A stretch of DNA of 64,000 nucleotides from Chromatiales bacterium (GCA_050486285.1 JBJHCZ010000010.1:11034-75033); one strand, 5' to 3'; positions 40,133 through 53,417 are shown, counted from the stretch's first letter. The notes: generated by a model not told the origin, from the sequence alone. Made by a program: numbers and translations.

Positions 40133-41053
40133 ATGAAAGTGGGAATGATAGGTCTCGGCAAGATGGGCGCCAACATGGTGCGCCGTCTGAGTCGCGCCGG
40201 CGTCGGTGTGGTCGGGCATGCACCGACCCCCGAGGTGCGTCAGGCGCTGGCCGAGGAAACCGGCATGTTCGCCGCGCCGACCGTCGTTGGCCTGATCAAG
40301 AAACTCGATTCGCCGCGCATCGTCTGGGTGATGGTGCCGAGCGGCGATGCGACCGAGCGCGTCATGAAGGATCTCGAGGGCCGTCTGTCTTCCGGTGACA
40401 TCGTCGTCGACGGCGGCAATTCCAATTACAAGGATACGCAACGTCGCGGCGCGATGCTGGCGCAGTCCGGCATCGGCCTCGTCGATGTCGGTACCTCCGG
40501 CGGCATCTGGGGGCTGGAGAACGGTTACTGCATGATGGTCGGCGGCGAGAAGGAGCATGTGAAGGTGGTGCAGCCGCTGCTCGAGGTGCTGGCGCCGGCC
40601 CCCGATCGCGGCTGGGGCCACGTCGGTCCGCGCGGCGCCGGGCACTTCACCAAGATGATCCATAACGGCATCGAGTACGGCGCGATGCAGGCCTATGCCG
40701 AAGGCTTCGCACTGCTGCACGGCAAGAAGGAGTTCTCGCTGGATCTGGCGAAGATCTCCGAGATGTGGCGCCATGGCTCGGTGATCCGCAGCTGGCTGCT
40801 CGACCTTACCGCCGATGCGCTGGCCAGGAACCAGAAGCTCGACGATGTGCCGCCTTTTGTCGCCGATTCCGGCGAGGGGCGCTGGACCGTCGTCGAGGCA
40901 GTGAGCCAGGGTGTACCGGTGCCGGTGATCAGCATGGCCCTGCAGATGCGCTTCGCGAGCCAGGACGACAACAGCTACACCAACCGCATGCTGGCGGTGA
41001 TGCGCAATGCCTTCGGCGGCCATGCGCTGGGCGGGGACGCGGACAAGGGCTGA
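40133..41053 (+). CDS. gnd: 6-phosphogluconate dehydrogenase, decarboxylating (short, about 300-aa form)
   Basis: [19 protein letters not shown]...[15 protein letters not shown]...[20 protein letters not shown]...[25 protein letters not shown]. Confidence 0.9.
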   Translation: MKVGMIGLGKMGANMVRRLSRAGVGVVGHAPTPEVRQALAEETGMFAAPTVVGLIKKLDSPRIVWVMVPSGDATERVMKDLEGRLSSGDIVVDGGNSNYKDTQRRGAMLAQSGIGLVDVGTSGGIWGLENGYCMMVGGEKEHVKVVQPLLEVLAPAPDRGWGHVGPRGAGHFTKMIHNGIEYGAMQAYAEGFALLHGKKEFSLDLAKISEMWRHGSVIRSWLLDLTADALARNQKLDDVPPFVADSGEGRWTVVEAVSQGVPVPVISMALQMRFASQDDNSYTNRMLAVMRNAFGGHALGGDADKG

Positions 41054-41061
41054 TCATCCGG

Positions 41062-42561
41062 ATGGATCCCTGTACGCTGGTGATCTTCGGTGCGACGGGT
41101 AACCTGACGCGGATCAAGCTCATGCCGGCGCTGTTCTCCCTCGAGGTCGAGGGCCGGCTGCCGGAGCGGATGAGGATCGTGTCCTTCGCCCGCCGCGAGT
41201 GGGAGCGCGAGCGCTGGCTCGACGAGGTCGCGGGGATGCTCGCCGAGAAGTTTCCGCATGGTCTCGACGAGGCCGCATTCGAGCGCTTCCGCGCGCGCCA
41301 GTATTATCTCCACGGCGATCTCGACGATCCTGAAGCCTTCGGACGCCTGCAATCCCTGCTCGGCGAGGACTCATTTCCGTCGAACATCATCTTCTACATG
41401 GCGATACCGCCGTCGGATTTCGGGCCCGTGACCGAGCGTCTGAGCGCGGCCGGGCTGCTGAAGGAATCCGGCGGCTGGCGTCGCGTCGTCATCGAGAAGC
41501 CGTTCGGTTACGATCTGCTGAGCGCACAGATCCTGCAACAGGGGTTGCTGCGCCACCTCGGCGAGGAGCAGATCTACCGGATCGACCATTATCTCGGCAA
41601 GGGCACGGTGCAGAATATCCTTGTGTTCCGTTTTGCGAACCTGTTGCTCGAGCCGTTATGGAACCGCAACTACGTCGATCACGTGCAGATCACGCATTCG
41701 GAGACCCGCGGCGTCGAAGGGCGCGCCGGTTACTACGAGGGCGCCGGCGCGCTGCGGGACATGTTGCAGAGCCACCTGATGCAGTTGCTGGCGCTGGTCG
41801 CGATGGAGCCGCCGGCGATGATGGACGCCGAGTCGTTGCGCGACGAGAAGGTCAAGGTGCTGAAATCGATACGTCCGATCACCCAGGGCGCGGTGCACGC
41901 ACATGCCTTTCGCGGTCAGTATGCCGCTGGCCAGACCGCCGGCAGAGCGACGCGCGGCTACCTCGAGGAGCCCGGCGTCGATCCGGCCAGCGTCACCGAG
42001 ACCTACGCCGCGCTCAAGCTCTACGTCGACAACTGGCGCTGGCGCGGGGTGCCGTTCTACCTGCGCACCGGCAAGTGCATGGCCGAGGCGGCATCGGCGA
42101 TCTGCATCCGCTTCAAGGAGCCGCCGCATCACCTGTTCCGCAACACCCACCTCGAGCGCATCCATCCCAACTGGCTGCTGATCGGCATCCAGCCGCACGA
42201 ATGCCTGAAGATGGAGATCCAGGTCAAGGTGCACGGGCTCGAGATGCGCACGCGAACGATCAGTCTCGACGCCAGCTATCGCTCGGCCGACGAGAAGGAG
42301 GCGGACGCCTACGAGGAACTGCTGCTCGACGTCATGACCGGCGATCATTCGCTGTTCCTGCGCTACGACGAGGTCGAGTGGGCCTGGCGCATCGTCGACC
42401 CGGTGCTCAAGGTGTGGTCGATGGAGCGCGAGTTCATCAATACCTATTCCGCCGGCAGCTGGGGCCCCCGCGGCACCTATCGCCTGTTCGACCGCGAGGA
42501 CCAGTTCTGGCGTCATACCCTGGCGCTGAACGGCAACGATGTCGGCTCGGAAGCCTACTGA
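41062..42561 (+). CDS. zwf: glucose-6-phosphate dehydrogenase
   Basis: [25 protein letters not shown]...[21 protein letters not shown]...EKPFG motifs. ATG 41062 lies 9 nt after the gnd stop. Confidence 0.95.
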   Translation: MDPCTLVIFGATGNLTRIKLMPALFSLEVEGRLPERMRIVSFARREWERERWLDEVAGMLAEKFPHGLDEAAFERFRARQYYLHGDLDDPEAFGRLQSLLGEDSFPSNIIFYMAIPPSDFGPVTERLSAAGLLKESGGWRRVVIEKPFGYDLLSAQILQQGLLRHLGEEQIYRIDHYLGKGTVQNILVFRFANLLLEPLWNRNYVDHVQITHSETRGVEGRAGYYEGAGALRDMLQSHLMQLLALVAMEPPAMMDAESLRDEKVKVLKSIRPITQGAVHAHAFRGQYAAGQTAGRATRGYLEEPGVDPASVTETYAALKLYVDNWRWRGVPFYLRTGKCMAEAASAICIRFKEPPHHLFRNTHLERIHPNWLLIGIQPHECLKMEIQVKVHGLEMRTRTISLDASYRSADEKEADAYEELLLDVMTGDHSLFLRYDEVEWAWRIVDPVLKVWSMEREFINTYSAGSWGPRGTYRLFDREDQFWRHTLALNGNDVGSEAY

Positions 42562-42568
42562 GAGCATC

Positions 42569-44218
42569 ATGTCGGCATTGACCAGCTCGACGCAGTGGCG
42601 GGCGCTGCAGAAACATCACCGCCGGATTCGCACATTGCACATGCGCGAGCTGTTTGCCGCCGATCCCGGCCGCTTCGAGCGGTTCTCGCTGCGCTTCGGC
42701 GACATGCTCGTCGACTATTCCAAGAACCGGATCACCGACGAGACCGTCGGGCTGTTGCTGGAGCTCGCCGGGCACCGTGAGCTCGGGCGGCGCATCGGGG
42801 AGATGTTCGCGGGCGCCCGCATCAATTTCACCGAAGACCGCGCGGTGCTGCATACGGCGCTGCGCCGGCGCGGCGCCGAGCCGCTGATCATCGACGGCGC
42901 GGATGTGATGCCGGAAGTCCGCGGCGTGCTGACGCGGATGCGCGTGTTCAGCAACGCAGTGCGCAGCGGTGAGTGGAAGGGGTATACCGGCAAGGCGATC
43001 ACCGATGTCGTCAATATCGGCATCGGTGGTTCGGATCTCGGGCCGGTGATGGTGACGCGCGCGCTCCGGCCCTATGCGCAGCCGGGCCTGCGCGTGCATT
43101 TCGTGTCGAACGTCGACGGCAGCCACATCATCGAGACGCTGAAGCAGAAGCGCCCGGAGACGACACTGTTCATCATCGCGTCGAAGACCTTCACGACGCT
43201 CGAGACCCTGACCAATGCCCGCACCGCGCGCAACTGGTTCGTCGAGGCGACCGGCAACGAGGCCGCGATCGCCAGGCATTTCGTCGCGCTGTCGACCAAC
43301 GCCCGCGAGGTTCGCGCCTTCGGCATCGATACCGCGAACATGTTCGGGTTCTGGGACTGGGTCGGCGGACGTTATTCGCTGTGGAGCGCAATCGGCCTGC
43401 CGATTGCGATCGCGGTCGGCATGGACCGTTTCGAGGAACTGCTCGAAGGCGCGCAGGCGATGGACGAGCACTTCCGCACAGCGCCCTTTGAACGCAACAT
43501 ACCGGTGATCCTCGGCCTGCTCGGCGTCTGGTATCGCAACTTCTTCGATGCGCCGACCATGGCGGTGCTGCCCTACGACCAGTATCTCGACCGGCTGCCG
43601 GCCTATCTCCAGCAGGCCGACATGGAGAGCAACGGCAAGAGCGTCGATCGCGACGGGCACAAGGTCGATTACGAGACCGGGCCGGTGCTGTGGGGCGAGC
43701 CGGGCACCAACGGGCAGCATGCGTTTTACCAGTTGCTGCACCAGGGCACCCAGCTGGTGCCGGCGGACTTCATTGCCGCGGTCGAGTCACACAACCCGGT
43801 CGGCGGTCACCAGCGCATCCTGCTGGCGAACTTCTTCGCGCAGACCGAGGCGCTGATGCGCGGCAAGACCGAAGAGGAGGTCAGGCGCGAGCTCGAGGCC
43901 GCGGGGATGTCCGGCGACGCACTCGAACGGCTGCTGCCGCATCGCGTGTTCGACGGCAACCGGCCGACCACATCGATCCTCTACCGGCGCCTGACGCCGC
44001 GCACGCTCGGCGCGCTGGTCGCGATGTACGAGCACAGGATCTTCGTCCAGGGCGCGATCTGGAACATCAATTCATACGATCAGTGGGGCGTCGAACTCGG
44101 CAAGCAGCTCGCCGGGGCGATCCAGCCGCAACTGGCCGGCGCAGCGCCGGTCAGCGATCACGATGCCTCGACCAACGGCCTGATCAACTATTACAAGGCC
44201 CTCAATCGTCGAACCTGA
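42569..44218 (+). CDS. pgi: glucose-6-phosphate isomerase
   Basis: [17 protein letters not shown]...[11 protein letters not shown]...[16 protein letters not shown]...[12 protein letters not shown]...[21 protein letters not shown] 42569 gives about 549 aa. Confidence 0.96.
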   Translation: MSALTSSTQWRALQKHHRRIRTLHMRELFAADPGRFERFSLRFGDMLVDYSKNRITDETVGLLLELAGHRELGRRIGEMFAGARINFTEDRAVLHTALRRRGAEPLIIDGADVMPEVRGVLTRMRVFSNAVRSGEWKGYTGKAITDVVNIGIGGSDLGPVMVTRALRPYAQPGLRVHFVSNVDGSHIIETLKQKRPETTLFIIASKTFTTLETLTNARTARNWFVEATGNEAAIARHFVALSTNAREVRAFGIDTANMFGFWDWVGGRYSLWSAIGLPIAIAVGMDRFEELLEGAQAMDEHFRTAPFERNIPVILGLLGVWYRNFFDAPTMAVLPYDQYLDRLPAYLQQADMESNGKSVDRDGHKVDYETGPVLWGEPGTNGQHAFYQLLHQGTQLVPADFIAAVESHNPVGGHQRILLANFFAQTEALMRGKTEEEVRRELEAAGMSGDALERLLPHRVFDGNRPTTSILYRRLTPRTLGALVAMYEHRIFVQGAIWNINSYDQWGVELGKQLAGAIQPQLAGAAPVSDHDASTNGLINYYKALNRRT

Positions 44219-44798
44219 CCCTGAGATCCTTCAGCAATCCGTCCGCGATTCCGTAGATCCAGCCGTGTACCGACAGCGCCTGCTCGCGGGCGATGGCCTG
44301 CTGCACGATCGTCGTCTGCCAGACCTTGCGGGTCTGCTCGCGCACGTTGAGTTCGCACATCAGGTCGAGTCGCTCGTTGGGGTCTGCGATCCCGTCGATG
44401 CGGCTGTGGTGGTGACGCCGGATGCGCTTGATATCCTTGATCCAGTTGTCGATCAGGCCATGCGGGCGGTCGTCCAGCGCGGCCTTGACGCCGCCGCAGC
44501 CGTAATGTCCGCAGACGATGATGTGCCTGACCTTCAGGATATCCACCGCGTATTGCAGTACTGAAAGGCAATTCAGGTCGGTGTGCATTACAATGTTCGC
44601 GACGTTGCGGTGCACGAACAGCTCCCCGGGCAGCAGGCCGACGATTTCGTTCGCCGGCACGCGGCTGTCGGCACAACCGATCCACAGGTACTGCGGGGAT
44701 TGCTGATGCACCAGCCGCGAGAAAAAATCGGGGTCTTCGTCGCTGGCGGCGGTGGCCCATTTCCTGTTGTTCTCGAACAAGTGTCGCAATGGGCTCAT
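44202..44798 (-). CDS. can: beta-class carbonic anhydrase
   Basis: 198 aa: LFENNRKWA...[20 protein letters not shown]...[10 protein letters not shown]...[13 protein letters not shown]. Convergent 17-nt overlap with pgi. Confidence 0.93.
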   Translation of the reverse strand: MSPLRHLFENNRKWATAASDEDPDFFSRLVHQQSPQYLWIGCADSRVPANEIVGLLPGELFVHRNVANIVMHTDLNCLSVLQYAVDILKVRHIIVCGHYGCGGVKAALDDRPHGLIDNWIKDIKRIRRHHHSRIDGIADPNERLDLMCELNVREQTRKVWQTTIVQQAIAREQALSVHGWIYGIADGLLKDLRVRFDD

Positions 44799-45624
44799 GA
44801 TGTCGAATCCGCCGGATGTTCCAGCAGGGGATTATAGCGATACGGCGCGTATCGCGCTCGGCATCGAATACCATGGCGGCGGATTCAGCGGCTGGCAGAT
44901 TCAGCCCGGCCGGCGCACCGTGCAGGACTGCGTCGAGCAGGCATTGTCGCGCGTCGCCGACGAGCCGGTGCGCGTGATCTGCGCCGGCCGCACCGACACC
45001 GGCGTACACGCGCTCGGGCAGGTCGTCCATTTCGAGACAATGGCCGCGCGCCCGCTGCGCGCCTGGGTCCTCGGCGGCAACGCTCATCTGCCAGCGGATG
45101 TCCGCCTGCTGTGGGCGGAATCCCCGGGCAACGATTTCCATGCGCGCTTCTCGGCCGAGCGTCGCCATTACCGCTACGTAATCTGCAACACGCCGATCCG
45201 TCCCGCAGTGCTGGCCGGTCGCGTCGCCTGGCACTACCGGCCGCTCGATATCGCGCCGATGCAGGTGGCTGCGCGCGATCTGCTCGGCGAGCATGACTTC
45301 TCGTCGTATCGTTCGTATGCCTGTCAGGCGAAGCATCCCGTACGCACCGTGCATCGCCTCGAGGTCAGTCGTCATGACCGCTTCGTGGTCATCGACATCG
45401 TCGCCAACGCCTTTCTGCATCACATGGTGCGCAACATCGCCGGGGTACTGATGGACATCGGCAGCGGCAGGCAGCCGCCGGGCTGGGCCGCCGACATCCT
45501 CGCGGCCCGCGACCGCGTCGCCGGCGGCGTCAATGCCCCGCCCGACGGCCTCTACTTCGTCAATGTCGAGTATCCGTCGCGATTCGGTCTCCCGCGCGTC
45601 CCCGCGGGTCCGCAGGTCTGGTGA
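44797..45624 (+). CDS. truA: tRNA pseudouridine(38-40) synthase
   Basis: [38 protein letters not shown]...ICAGRTDTGVHALGQVVHF. There is no alternative in-frame start downstream, so the start codon (44797 or 44800) overlaps or abuts the can start codon. Confidence 0.92.
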   Translation: MMSNPPDVPAGDYSDTARIALGIEYHGGGFSGWQIQPGRRTVQDCVEQALSRVADEPVRVICAGRTDTGVHALGQVVHFETMAARPLRAWVLGGNAHLPADVRLLWAESPGNDFHARFSAERRHYRYVICNTPIRPAVLAGRVAWHYRPLDIAPMQVAARDLLGEHDFSSYRSYACQAKHPVRTVHRLEVSRHDRFVVIDIVANAFLHHMVRNIAGVLMDIGSGRQPPGWAADILAARDRVAGGVNAPPDGLYFVNVEYPSRFGLPRVPAGPQVW

Positions 45625-45685
45625 GCGCGGCCGTTCGATTGTCTGGCGCAGCTTTCCCGTGTATCTTGTAGCAAGTACCCGGAAC

Positions 45686-46327
45686 ATGCGCACTCGTATC
45701 AAGATCTGCGGCATTACCCGCCCCGAAGACGCGGAAATCGCGGCCACCCTCGGCGCCGATGCCATCGGTCTCGTGTTTCATGACCCGAGCCCGCGCCAAG
45801 TCGACGCAGCGCAGGCGGCCTGCGTCGTCGCCGCGCTGCCGCCGTTCGTCGCTGCCGTCGCGTTGTTCGTCGACGCCCCCGCCGAACGCATCCGCCGCGT
45901 CCTGGACAGCGTGCGCATCGACCTGATCCAGTTTCATGGCGACGAGCCACCCGAAGTCTGCCGCGGTTTCGGGCGGTCGTATATCAAGGCGATCCGCATG
46001 CGTCCCGGCATCGACCTCGTTGCCGAGGCGCGCCGCTATCACGAGGCGTCGGCGCTGTTGCTCGACACCTACGTCAAGGGCGTCCCCGGCGGTACCGGCG
46101 CGACCTTTGACTGGCGGTCGTTGCCGCCGGATCTGGCTTGCCCGGTCATGCTGGCCGGCGGCCTCAAACCGGGCAACGTCGCCGAGGCAATCCGCGCCGT
46201 TCGCCCCTACGGCGTCGATGTCAGCGGCGGCGTCGAGGCCTCCGGCGGCATCAAGGACGAAGAGAAGCTGAAGGCATTCTTCGCCGCAGTCGCCACTGCC
46301 GACGCCGAACGGACGCATGAAGACTGA
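45686..46327 (+). CDS. trpF: phosphoribosylanthranilate isomerase
   Basis: [39 protein letters not shown]...IQFHGDE...GGTGATFDW...[11 protein letters not shown]. Confidence 0.94.
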   Translation: MRTRIKICGITRPEDAEIAATLGADAIGLVFHDPSPRQVDAAQAACVVAALPPFVAAVALFVDAPAERIRRVLDSVRIDLIQFHGDEPPEVCRGFGRSYIKAIRMRPGIDLVAEARRYHEASALLLDTYVKGVPGGTGATFDWRSLPPDLACPVMLAGGLKPGNVAEAIRAVRPYGVDVSGGVEASGGIKDEEKLKAFFAAVATADAERTHED

Positions 46328-46357
46328 TCGTTGGCACGAACAAATCAAAATCAGGAG

Positions 46358-46468
46358 CAGCAGTCGGTGGCCGTCTCCATGACGGGACCGTCCGCCGCAG
46401 GGATGCGGCGGAGAGCTACAGGGATGTATTCACGCGTGTCCCGTCATGGAGACGGCCACCGACTGCTG
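46358..46468. repeat. 111-bp hairpin with a perfect 31-bp stem in the trpF-trpB spacer
   Basis: CAGCAGTCGGTGGCCGTCTCCATGACGGGAC (46358-46388) is perfectly complementary to 46438-46468. An inner hairpin CCGCCGCA-ggga-TGCGGCGG lies at 46392-46411. Confidence 0.95.
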
Positions 46469-46506
46469 TCAGCATTGATCATCGACAAGATGCAATATCG
46501 AAAGAA

Positions 46507-47705
<1,199 letters not shown>

Positions 47706-47709
<4 letters not shown>

Positions 47710-48527
47710 GCCGGATCGAGGCCTGTTTCAAGCGGCTGAAGGCGGCGCGCAGGAAGGCGCTGGTACCGTATATCACCGCCGGCGATCCCGATCCCGCGAT
47801 CACCGTTCCGCTGATGCACGCGATGGTCGGGGCCGGCGCCGACATCGTCGAACTCGGTGTGCCGTTCTCGGACCCGATGGCGGACGGCCCGGTCATCCAG
47901 CGTGCGAGTGAGCGCGCGCTGCGTCATCACGTGAGCCTGCGCGGCGTACTCGACATGGTCGCGAGATTTCGCGAGCAGGACGCCGACACCCCGGTCGTGC
48001 TGATGGGCTATCTGAATCCGGTCGAGGCGATGGGCTACGCTGCGTTTGCGCAGGCCGCGGCCACGGCCGGCGTCGACGGCGTGCTGACCGTCGACCTGCC
48101 GCCGGAGGAGGGCGACGGCTTCATCGACGCCTTCGCGGCGGCGGGACTCGACCCGATCTTCCTGGTCGCGCCGACGACCACGTCGGCGCGCATGGACCGG
48201 ATATGTGCGGCCGGCAGGGGATTCCTCTATTATGTATCCCTCAAGGGCGTGACCGGCGCCGCGAATCTCGATATCGGCGCGGTCAGCGAACGGATCGCCG
48301 AGTTGCGACGCCATACCGGCCTGCCGGTCGGCGTCGGCTTCGGCATCGCCGATGCCGACAGCGCCGCGCGCGTCGCCAGGGTCGCGGACGCGGTGGTCGT
48401 CGGCAGCGCGCTGGTGCGCCTGATCGAGGACAATGCCGGCGCCGGTGCGGGGCCGCTGACCGCCGCGATCGTCGAGCGCCTCGGCGGCATGCGCGCCGCG
48501 ATCGACAAGGATTCCGACAAGTCATGA
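47706..48527 (+). CDS. trpA: tryptophan synthase alpha chain
   Basis: [68 protein letters not shown] 47706 overlaps the trpB stop (GTGA). Confidence 0.94.
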
Positions 48528-49390
48528 ACTGGTTTGAAAAACTGTTGCCATCGAAGATACGCACCGAGGGCGGTCGCAAGAAGTCGATCCCGGAAGGGCT
48601 GTGGACCAAGTGCAGCGCCTGCCAGCAGATCCTCTATCGCGCCGAACTCGAGCGTAATTTCCATGTCTGCCCGAAGTGCGGCTATCACGAGCGCATCGGC
48701 GCGCGCCTGCGTCTGGAGATGTTTCTCGATCCCGGTGATCGCGCCGAGATCGGCGCCGGGATCGAGCCGACCGATTTCCTGAAATTCCGCGATTCGAAGA
48801 AATACCGCGACCGCCTGACCCAGGCGCAGAAGGCCACCGGCGAGAAGGATGCGCTCGTCGTCATGAGCGGCAGGCTCAAGGCCATGCCGATCGTCGCCGC
48901 CGCGTTCGAATTCGGTTTCATGGGCGGTTCGATGGGTTCGGTCGTCGGCGAGCGCTTCGTGCGCGGGGTCAACCAGGCGATCGAGGACCGCTGCCCGCTG
49001 ATCTGCTTTTCCGCGAGCGGCGGCGCCCGCATGCAGGAGGCCCTGGTGTCGCTGCTGCAGATGTCGAAGACCAGCGCGGCGCTGGCGAAGCTGAACGAGG
49101 CCGGTATCCCGTATATCTCGGTGATGACCGATCCGACGATGGGTGGCGTCTCGGCCAGTCTGGCGATGCTTGGCGACATCAACGCCGCCGAGCCGAATGC
49201 GCTGATCGGCTTCGCCGGCCCGCGCGTCATCGAGCAGACCGTGCGCGAGAAGCTGCCGGAAGGCTTCCAGCGCAGCGAGTTTCTCGTCGAGCACGGCGCG
49301 ATCGACACCATCATCGACCGCCGCAACATGCGCGACAAGGTCCACAGCCTGCTCGCGATGCTGACCGGCGCGCCTGCCACCGCCAACTGA
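48524..49390 (+). CDS. accD: acetyl-CoA carboxylase carboxyltransferase subunit beta
   Basis: [55 protein letters not shown] (zinc ribbon) plus the CT domain. ATG 48524 overlaps the trpA stop (ATGA). Confidence 0.96.
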   Translation: MNWFEKLLPSKIRTEGGRKKSIPEGLWTKCSACQQILYRAELERNFHVCPKCGYHERIGARLRLEMFLDPGDRAEIGAGIEPTDFLKFRDSKKYRDRLTQAQKATGEKDALVVMSGRLKAMPIVAAAFEFGFMGGSMGSVVGERFVRGVNQAIEDRCPLICFSASGGARMQEALVSLLQMSKTSAALAKLNEAGIPYISVMTDPTMGGVSASLAMLGDINAAEPNALIGFAGPRVIEQTVREKLPEGFQRSEFLVEHGAIDTIIDRRNMRDKVHSLLAMLTGAPATAN

Positions 49391-49416
49391 GCGCGACTCC
49401 CGCGCGGCACCTTCCG

Positions 49417-50706
49417 ATGCGTCACGACACCCTGGCCGGCTGGCTGGCGTGGCTGGAGCAACTGCATCCGCGCGCGATCGACCTCGGCCTCGAGCGCGTC
49501 GGCGCGGTCGGTCAGCGCCTCGGCGTCACGCGATTGCCATGCCCGGTCGTCACCGTCGCCGGCACCAACGGCAAGGGTTCGACGGTCGCGATGCTGGAGT
49601 CGATGCTGTCCGCCGCCGGTCATCGCGTCGCCTGCTATACCTCCCCGCACCTGCTGCGCTACAACGAACGCGTGCGCATCGACGGTCGCGAGGCCGACGA
49701 TGCCGCGCTGTGCGCCGCGTTTGCCCGCGTCGATGCGGCGCGCGGCGACACCAGCCTCAGCTATTTCGAGTTCGGCACGCTGGCCGCCCTCGACCTGTTC
49801 GCGCGCGCGGCGCCCGATGTCGCGGTCCTCGAGGTGGGGCTCGGCGGGCGCCTCGATGCCGTCAATATTATCGATCCCGATGTCGCCATCGTGACGTCGA
49901 TCGGTCTCGACCATGTCGAATGGCTCGGCGCCGACCGCGACGCGATCGGCGCCGAGAAGGCCGGCATATTCCGCGCGAAGCGGCCCGCGGTCTGCGCCGA
50001 TCCGGCGCCGCCGCAGGGTCTGCTGCGGGTCGCGGCCGAACGCGGCGCGCGGCTTCATTGCCTCGGCCGCGAGTTCGATGTGGAGCTTCCGGAAGCAGGC
50101 GCGGGATGGCGCTGGCACGGACCGGGCAGGCGCATCGACGCGCTGCCGCCGCCCGGACTCACCGGCGAGTATCAGTATCGCAATGCCGCCGGGGCCCTGA
50201 TGGCGCTCGCGCTGTTAGCCGCCTCGCTCGCGGTCGGCGACGACGCGGTGCGTACGGGGCTGGCGCGGACCCGCCTGCCCGGGCGATTCCAGCGCCTCCC
50301 GGGGGCGATCATCCGCGTACTCGACGTCGCGCACAACGTTGACGGTACGCGCGCGCTGGCGGCCAACCTTGCCGCCATGCCGGTCGCCGGCGCGACGCGC
50401 GCGGTGTTCGCGGCGCTGGGCGACAAGGATGTCGACGGTATGGTATCGTCGGTGTCCGATGTCGTCGACGAGTGGCATGTCGCAACGCTGCCGGTCGGCC
50501 GGGCCGCGCCCGCGGAGCGGCTGCGCTCAGCCGTCGCCGCATGCGCGGCGAGCGCGGCGGCGGTGCACCCCGATGTCGCCTCCGCCTACCGCGCGGCGCT
50601 CACGCGCTCGCGACCCGGCGACCGGGTCGTCGTCTTCGGATCCTTTTATACGGTCGGCGCAGTGCTCGAGGTCGAGCAGGGGGCGGATCTCCCGGCCGAG
50701 GCCTGA
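49417..50706 (+). CDS. folC: bifunctional folylpolyglutamate synthase/dihydrofolate synthase
   Basis: 429 aa: VTVAGTNGKGSTVAMLESML...YTSPHLLRYNERVRIDG...LEVGLGGRLDAVN, in accD-folC synteny. Confidence 0.94.
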   Translation: MRHDTLAGWLAWLEQLHPRAIDLGLERVGAVGQRLGVTRLPCPVVTVAGTNGKGSTVAMLESMLSAAGHRVACYTSPHLLRYNERVRIDGREADDAALCAAFARVDAARGDTSLSYFEFGTLAALDLFARAAPDVAVLEVGLGGRLDAVNIIDPDVAIVTSIGLDHVEWLGADRDAIGAEKAGIFRAKRPAVCADPAPPQGLLRVAAERGARLHCLGREFDVELPEAGAGWRWHGPGRRIDALPPPGLTGEYQYRNAAGALMALALLAASLAVGDDAVRTGLARTRLPGRFQRLPGAIIRVLDVAHNVDGTRALAANLAAMPVAGATRAVFAALGDKDVDGMVSSVSDVVDEWHVATLPVGRAAPAERLRSAVAACAASAAAVHPDVASAYRAALTRSRPGDRVVVFGSFYTVGAVLEVEQGADLPAEA

Positions 50707-50724
50707 TTCGAGAACATCATCCCG

Positions 50725-51330
50725 ATGAATGAACCCGCTGATACCCACGATCGCAGGCAGCGTCTCTGGCATCGGCTCGTCGGCGCGGCGGTGCTCGCGG
50801 CGCTGGCGGTGATCCTGGTGCCGATCCTGATCGACTTCCGCGAAGACGACGGGACAGCGATTACGCGCAGCAACATCCCCGAGCGGCCGGCAGGCTTCCG
50901 CGTCGAGGAGATCTCGCTGATGCCCCCGCTTGCGCCGCAGTCGGCGCCGGAATCGGTGTCTGCTGTGGTATCTGGCGTCGAATCCGGTTCCGGCGCCCCG
51001 CCAGAGTCCCGGCCCGAGTCCCCGCCGGCGCCCGCTGCGCCTGCAGGTGGCGCCGCGCCGCCCGCGCCGGCCTCTCCTGCCTCCGGCCCGCCGCTGCACG
51101 GCTTTGCGGTCCAGGTCGGCAGCTTCTCCAGCAGGGAGAACGCGACCGCGATGCGTGACCGCCTGCGCGGCCACGGTTTCAGCGCATTTATCGACCAGGC
51201 CTCGGTCGACGGCCGGGCCGTCTACCGGGTGCTGGTCGGCCCCGATGCCCGTCGTGAACACAGCGAGCGCCTGCGCGACCGGCTTGCCGGTGAGCAGAAC
51301 CTGCGCGGCGTCGTGGTTGCCTACGAATAG
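50725..51330 (+). CDS. SPOR domain-containing cell division protein (DedD-like)
   Basis: 201 aa with an N-terminal TM (LVGAAVLAALAVILVPILI), a Pro/Ala-rich linker, and a C-terminal SPOR domain (GFAVQVGSFSSRENATAMRDRLRGHGFSAFIDQASVDGRAVYRVLVGP). It occupies the dedD position in folC-dedD-cvpA-purF. Confidence 0.85.
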   Translation: MNEPADTHDRRQRLWHRLVGAAVLAALAVILVPILIDFREDDGTAITRSNIPERPAGFRVEEISLMPPLAPQSAPESVSAVVSGVESGSGAPPESRPESPPAPAAPAGGAAPPAPASPASGPPLHGFAVQVGSFSSRENATAMRDRLRGHGFSAFIDQASVDGRAVYRVLVGPDARREHSERLRDRLAGEQNLRGVVVAYE

Positions 51331-51380
51331 CGCACCGGACGGCGGACCCCAGTAATGATAAAATACCGGGCCTGACGGGC

Positions 51381-51908
51381 GTGACCTGGCTGGATTTCGT
51401 CATCCTTGCGCTGATCGCGCTGTCGGCGGTCTACGGTGCCTTTCGCGGCTTCGTCCGCGAGGTGCTGTCGCTGGTCGTCTGGGTGCTGTCCTTCTGGATC
51501 GCTTCCCGCCATACCTGGGACGCGGCGGTGTATCTGGAGGCATGGATCCCGCACCAGGACGCGCGGCTGGTCGCGACCTTCATCGCGCTGTTTTTCGCGG
51601 TGCTGGTCGTCGGCATGCTGATCAGCCGGCTGATCGTCAGGCTGGTGCGCGCCAGCGGCATCAGCGGCGATCGCAGCCTCGGGGTGCTGTTCGGCCTGCT
51701 GCGCGGCATCGTCATCGTCGTGTTGCTGGTGATGGTGACCGCGATCACGCCGCTGGCCGATGGCGAGGCATGGCGGCAATCGTGGCTGGTCGGTCATTTC
51801 GAGTCGCTCGCGGCGTGGTCGCTCGATGTGCTGAAGAGCGGTCTCGGCGAGCAGGGCCTGCTGCCGGAGCCCGGACGCAGGCGGGAATTTTCTGATGAGG
51901 GTGGATGA
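51381..51908 (+). CDS. cvpA: CvpA family (colicin V production) membrane protein
   Basis: 175 aa (GTG start): TWLDFVILALIALSAVYGAFRGFVREVLSLVVWVLSF, directly upstream of purF. Confidence 0.9.
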   Translation: MTWLDFVILALIALSAVYGAFRGFVREVLSLVVWVLSFWIASRHTWDAAVYLEAWIPHQDARLVATFIALFFAVLVVGMLISRLIVRLVRASGISGDRSLGVLFGLLRGIVIVVLLVMVTAITPLADGEAWRQSWLVGHFESLAAWSLDVLKSGLGEQGLLPEPGRRREFSDEGG

Positions 51909-53417
51909 ATGTGCGGAATCGTAGGCGCGGTCTGCCGCGGCAATGTCAACCAGTCTTTGTATGACGCGCTGACGGTGTTGCAGCATCGCGGTCAGGATGC
52001 GGCCGGCATCATGACCGCCGACGGCAACCGCCTGTACCTGCGCAAGGAGAACGGGCTGGTGCGCGATGTCTTCGACACTGCGCACATGCTGAACCTGCAG
52101 GGCAACTACGGCATCGGCCATGTCCGCTATCCGACCGCCGGCTGCGAGACCTCGTCGGAGGCCCAGCCGTTCTACGTCAATTCGCCCTACGGCATCGCGC
52201 TCGCCCACAACGGCAACCTGACCAACGCCGAGAAGCTCAAGGACGACCTGTTCCGCGAGGACAAGCGTCACATCAATACCGAGTCGGATTCCGAGGTGCT
52301 GCTCAATGTCTTCGCGCACGAGCTGCAGAAGAGCGGCAAGCTGCGCATCGACGAGAACGACATCTTCGACGCGGTCGCCGGCGTGCATCGGCGCTGCCGC
52401 GGCGGCTATGCCGCGGTCGCGATGATCACCGGCTACGGCGTGATAGGTTTCCGCGATCCCAACGGCATCCGCCCGGTCGTGTTCGGCAAGCGCGAGACCC
52501 CGGACGGCGTCGAGTACATGATCGCCTCGGAAAGCGTCGCCCTCGATGTGCTCGACTTCGAACTGGTGCGCGACATCGCGCCGGGCGAGGCGGTGTTCAT
52601 CACCCTCGACGGCAAGCTGCACAGTCGCCAGTGCGCCGACAATCCGGTACACACCCCGTGCATCTTCGAATATGTCTACCTCGCGCGGCCCGATTCGGTC
52701 ATCGACGATATCTATGTCTACAAGGCGCGGCTGCGCATGGGCGAGCGCCTGGCCGGCAAGATTCGCCGCGAGTTCCCGGATCATGACATCGATGTCGTGA
52801 TCCCGATCCCCGACACCAGCCGCACCGCGGCGCTCGCGCTCGCCAACGAACTTGGCGTGAACTATCGCGAAGGCTTCATCAAGAACCGCTATATCGGCCG
52901 AACCTTCATCATGCCGGGACAGCAGATGCGCAAGCGTTCGGTGCGGCAGAAACTCAACGCGATCGATCTCGAGTTCCGCGGCAAGAGCGTGTTGCTGGTC
53001 GATGACTCAATCGTGCGCGGCACGACCTCGCGGGAGATCATCCGCATGGCGCGCGACGCCGGCGCCCGCAAGGTCTATTTCGCGTCCGCGGCGCCGCCGG
53101 TGCGCTATCCGAACGTCTACGGCATCGACATGCCGGCGGCGAGCGAGCTGATCGCCCATAATCGCACCGTCGACGAGGTCGCCCGCGAGATCGGCGCCGA
53201 CCGCGTGATCTACCAGGACCTCGACGACCTGATCAAGGCCGTCGGCAAGGGCAACAAGGGTATTCGCCGCTTCGACACCTCATGTTTCAGCGGCGAATAT
53301 GTGACCGGCGACGTGACCCGTGACTATCTCGATTCGCTCGAGAGCCGGCGTAACGACGCCAGCCGCTCGCACCGCGCCGCCGGCGGCCGTCGCAGCGGCA
53401 ACGTCATCGCGCTGTAA
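51909..53417 (+). CDS. purF: amidophosphoribosyltransferase
   Basis: 502 aa: MCGIVGAV...[11 protein letters not shown]...[11 protein letters not shown]...[11 protein letters not shown]. Confidence 0.97.
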   Translation: MCGIVGAVCRGNVNQSLYDALTVLQHRGQDAAGIMTADGNRLYLRKENGLVRDVFDTAHMLNLQGNYGIGHVRYPTAGCETSSEAQPFYVNSPYGIALAHNGNLTNAEKLKDDLFREDKRHINTESDSEVLLNVFAHELQKSGKLRIDENDIFDAVAGVHRRCRGGYAAVAMITGYGVIGFRDPNGIRPVVFGKRETPDGVEYMIASESVALDVLDFELVRDIAPGEAVFITLDGKLHSRQCADNPVHTPCIFEYVYLARPDSVIDDIYVYKARLRMGERLAGKIRREFPDHDIDVVIPIPDTSRTAALALANELGVNYREGFIKNRYIGRTFIMPGQQMRKRSVRQKLNAIDLEFRGKSVLLVDDSIVRGTTSREIIRMARDAGARKVYFASAAPPVRYPNVYGIDMPAASELIAHNRTVDEVAREIGADRVIYQDLDDLIKAVGKGNKGIRRFDTSCFSGEYVTGDVTRDYLDSLESRRNDASRSHRAAGGRRSGNVIAL

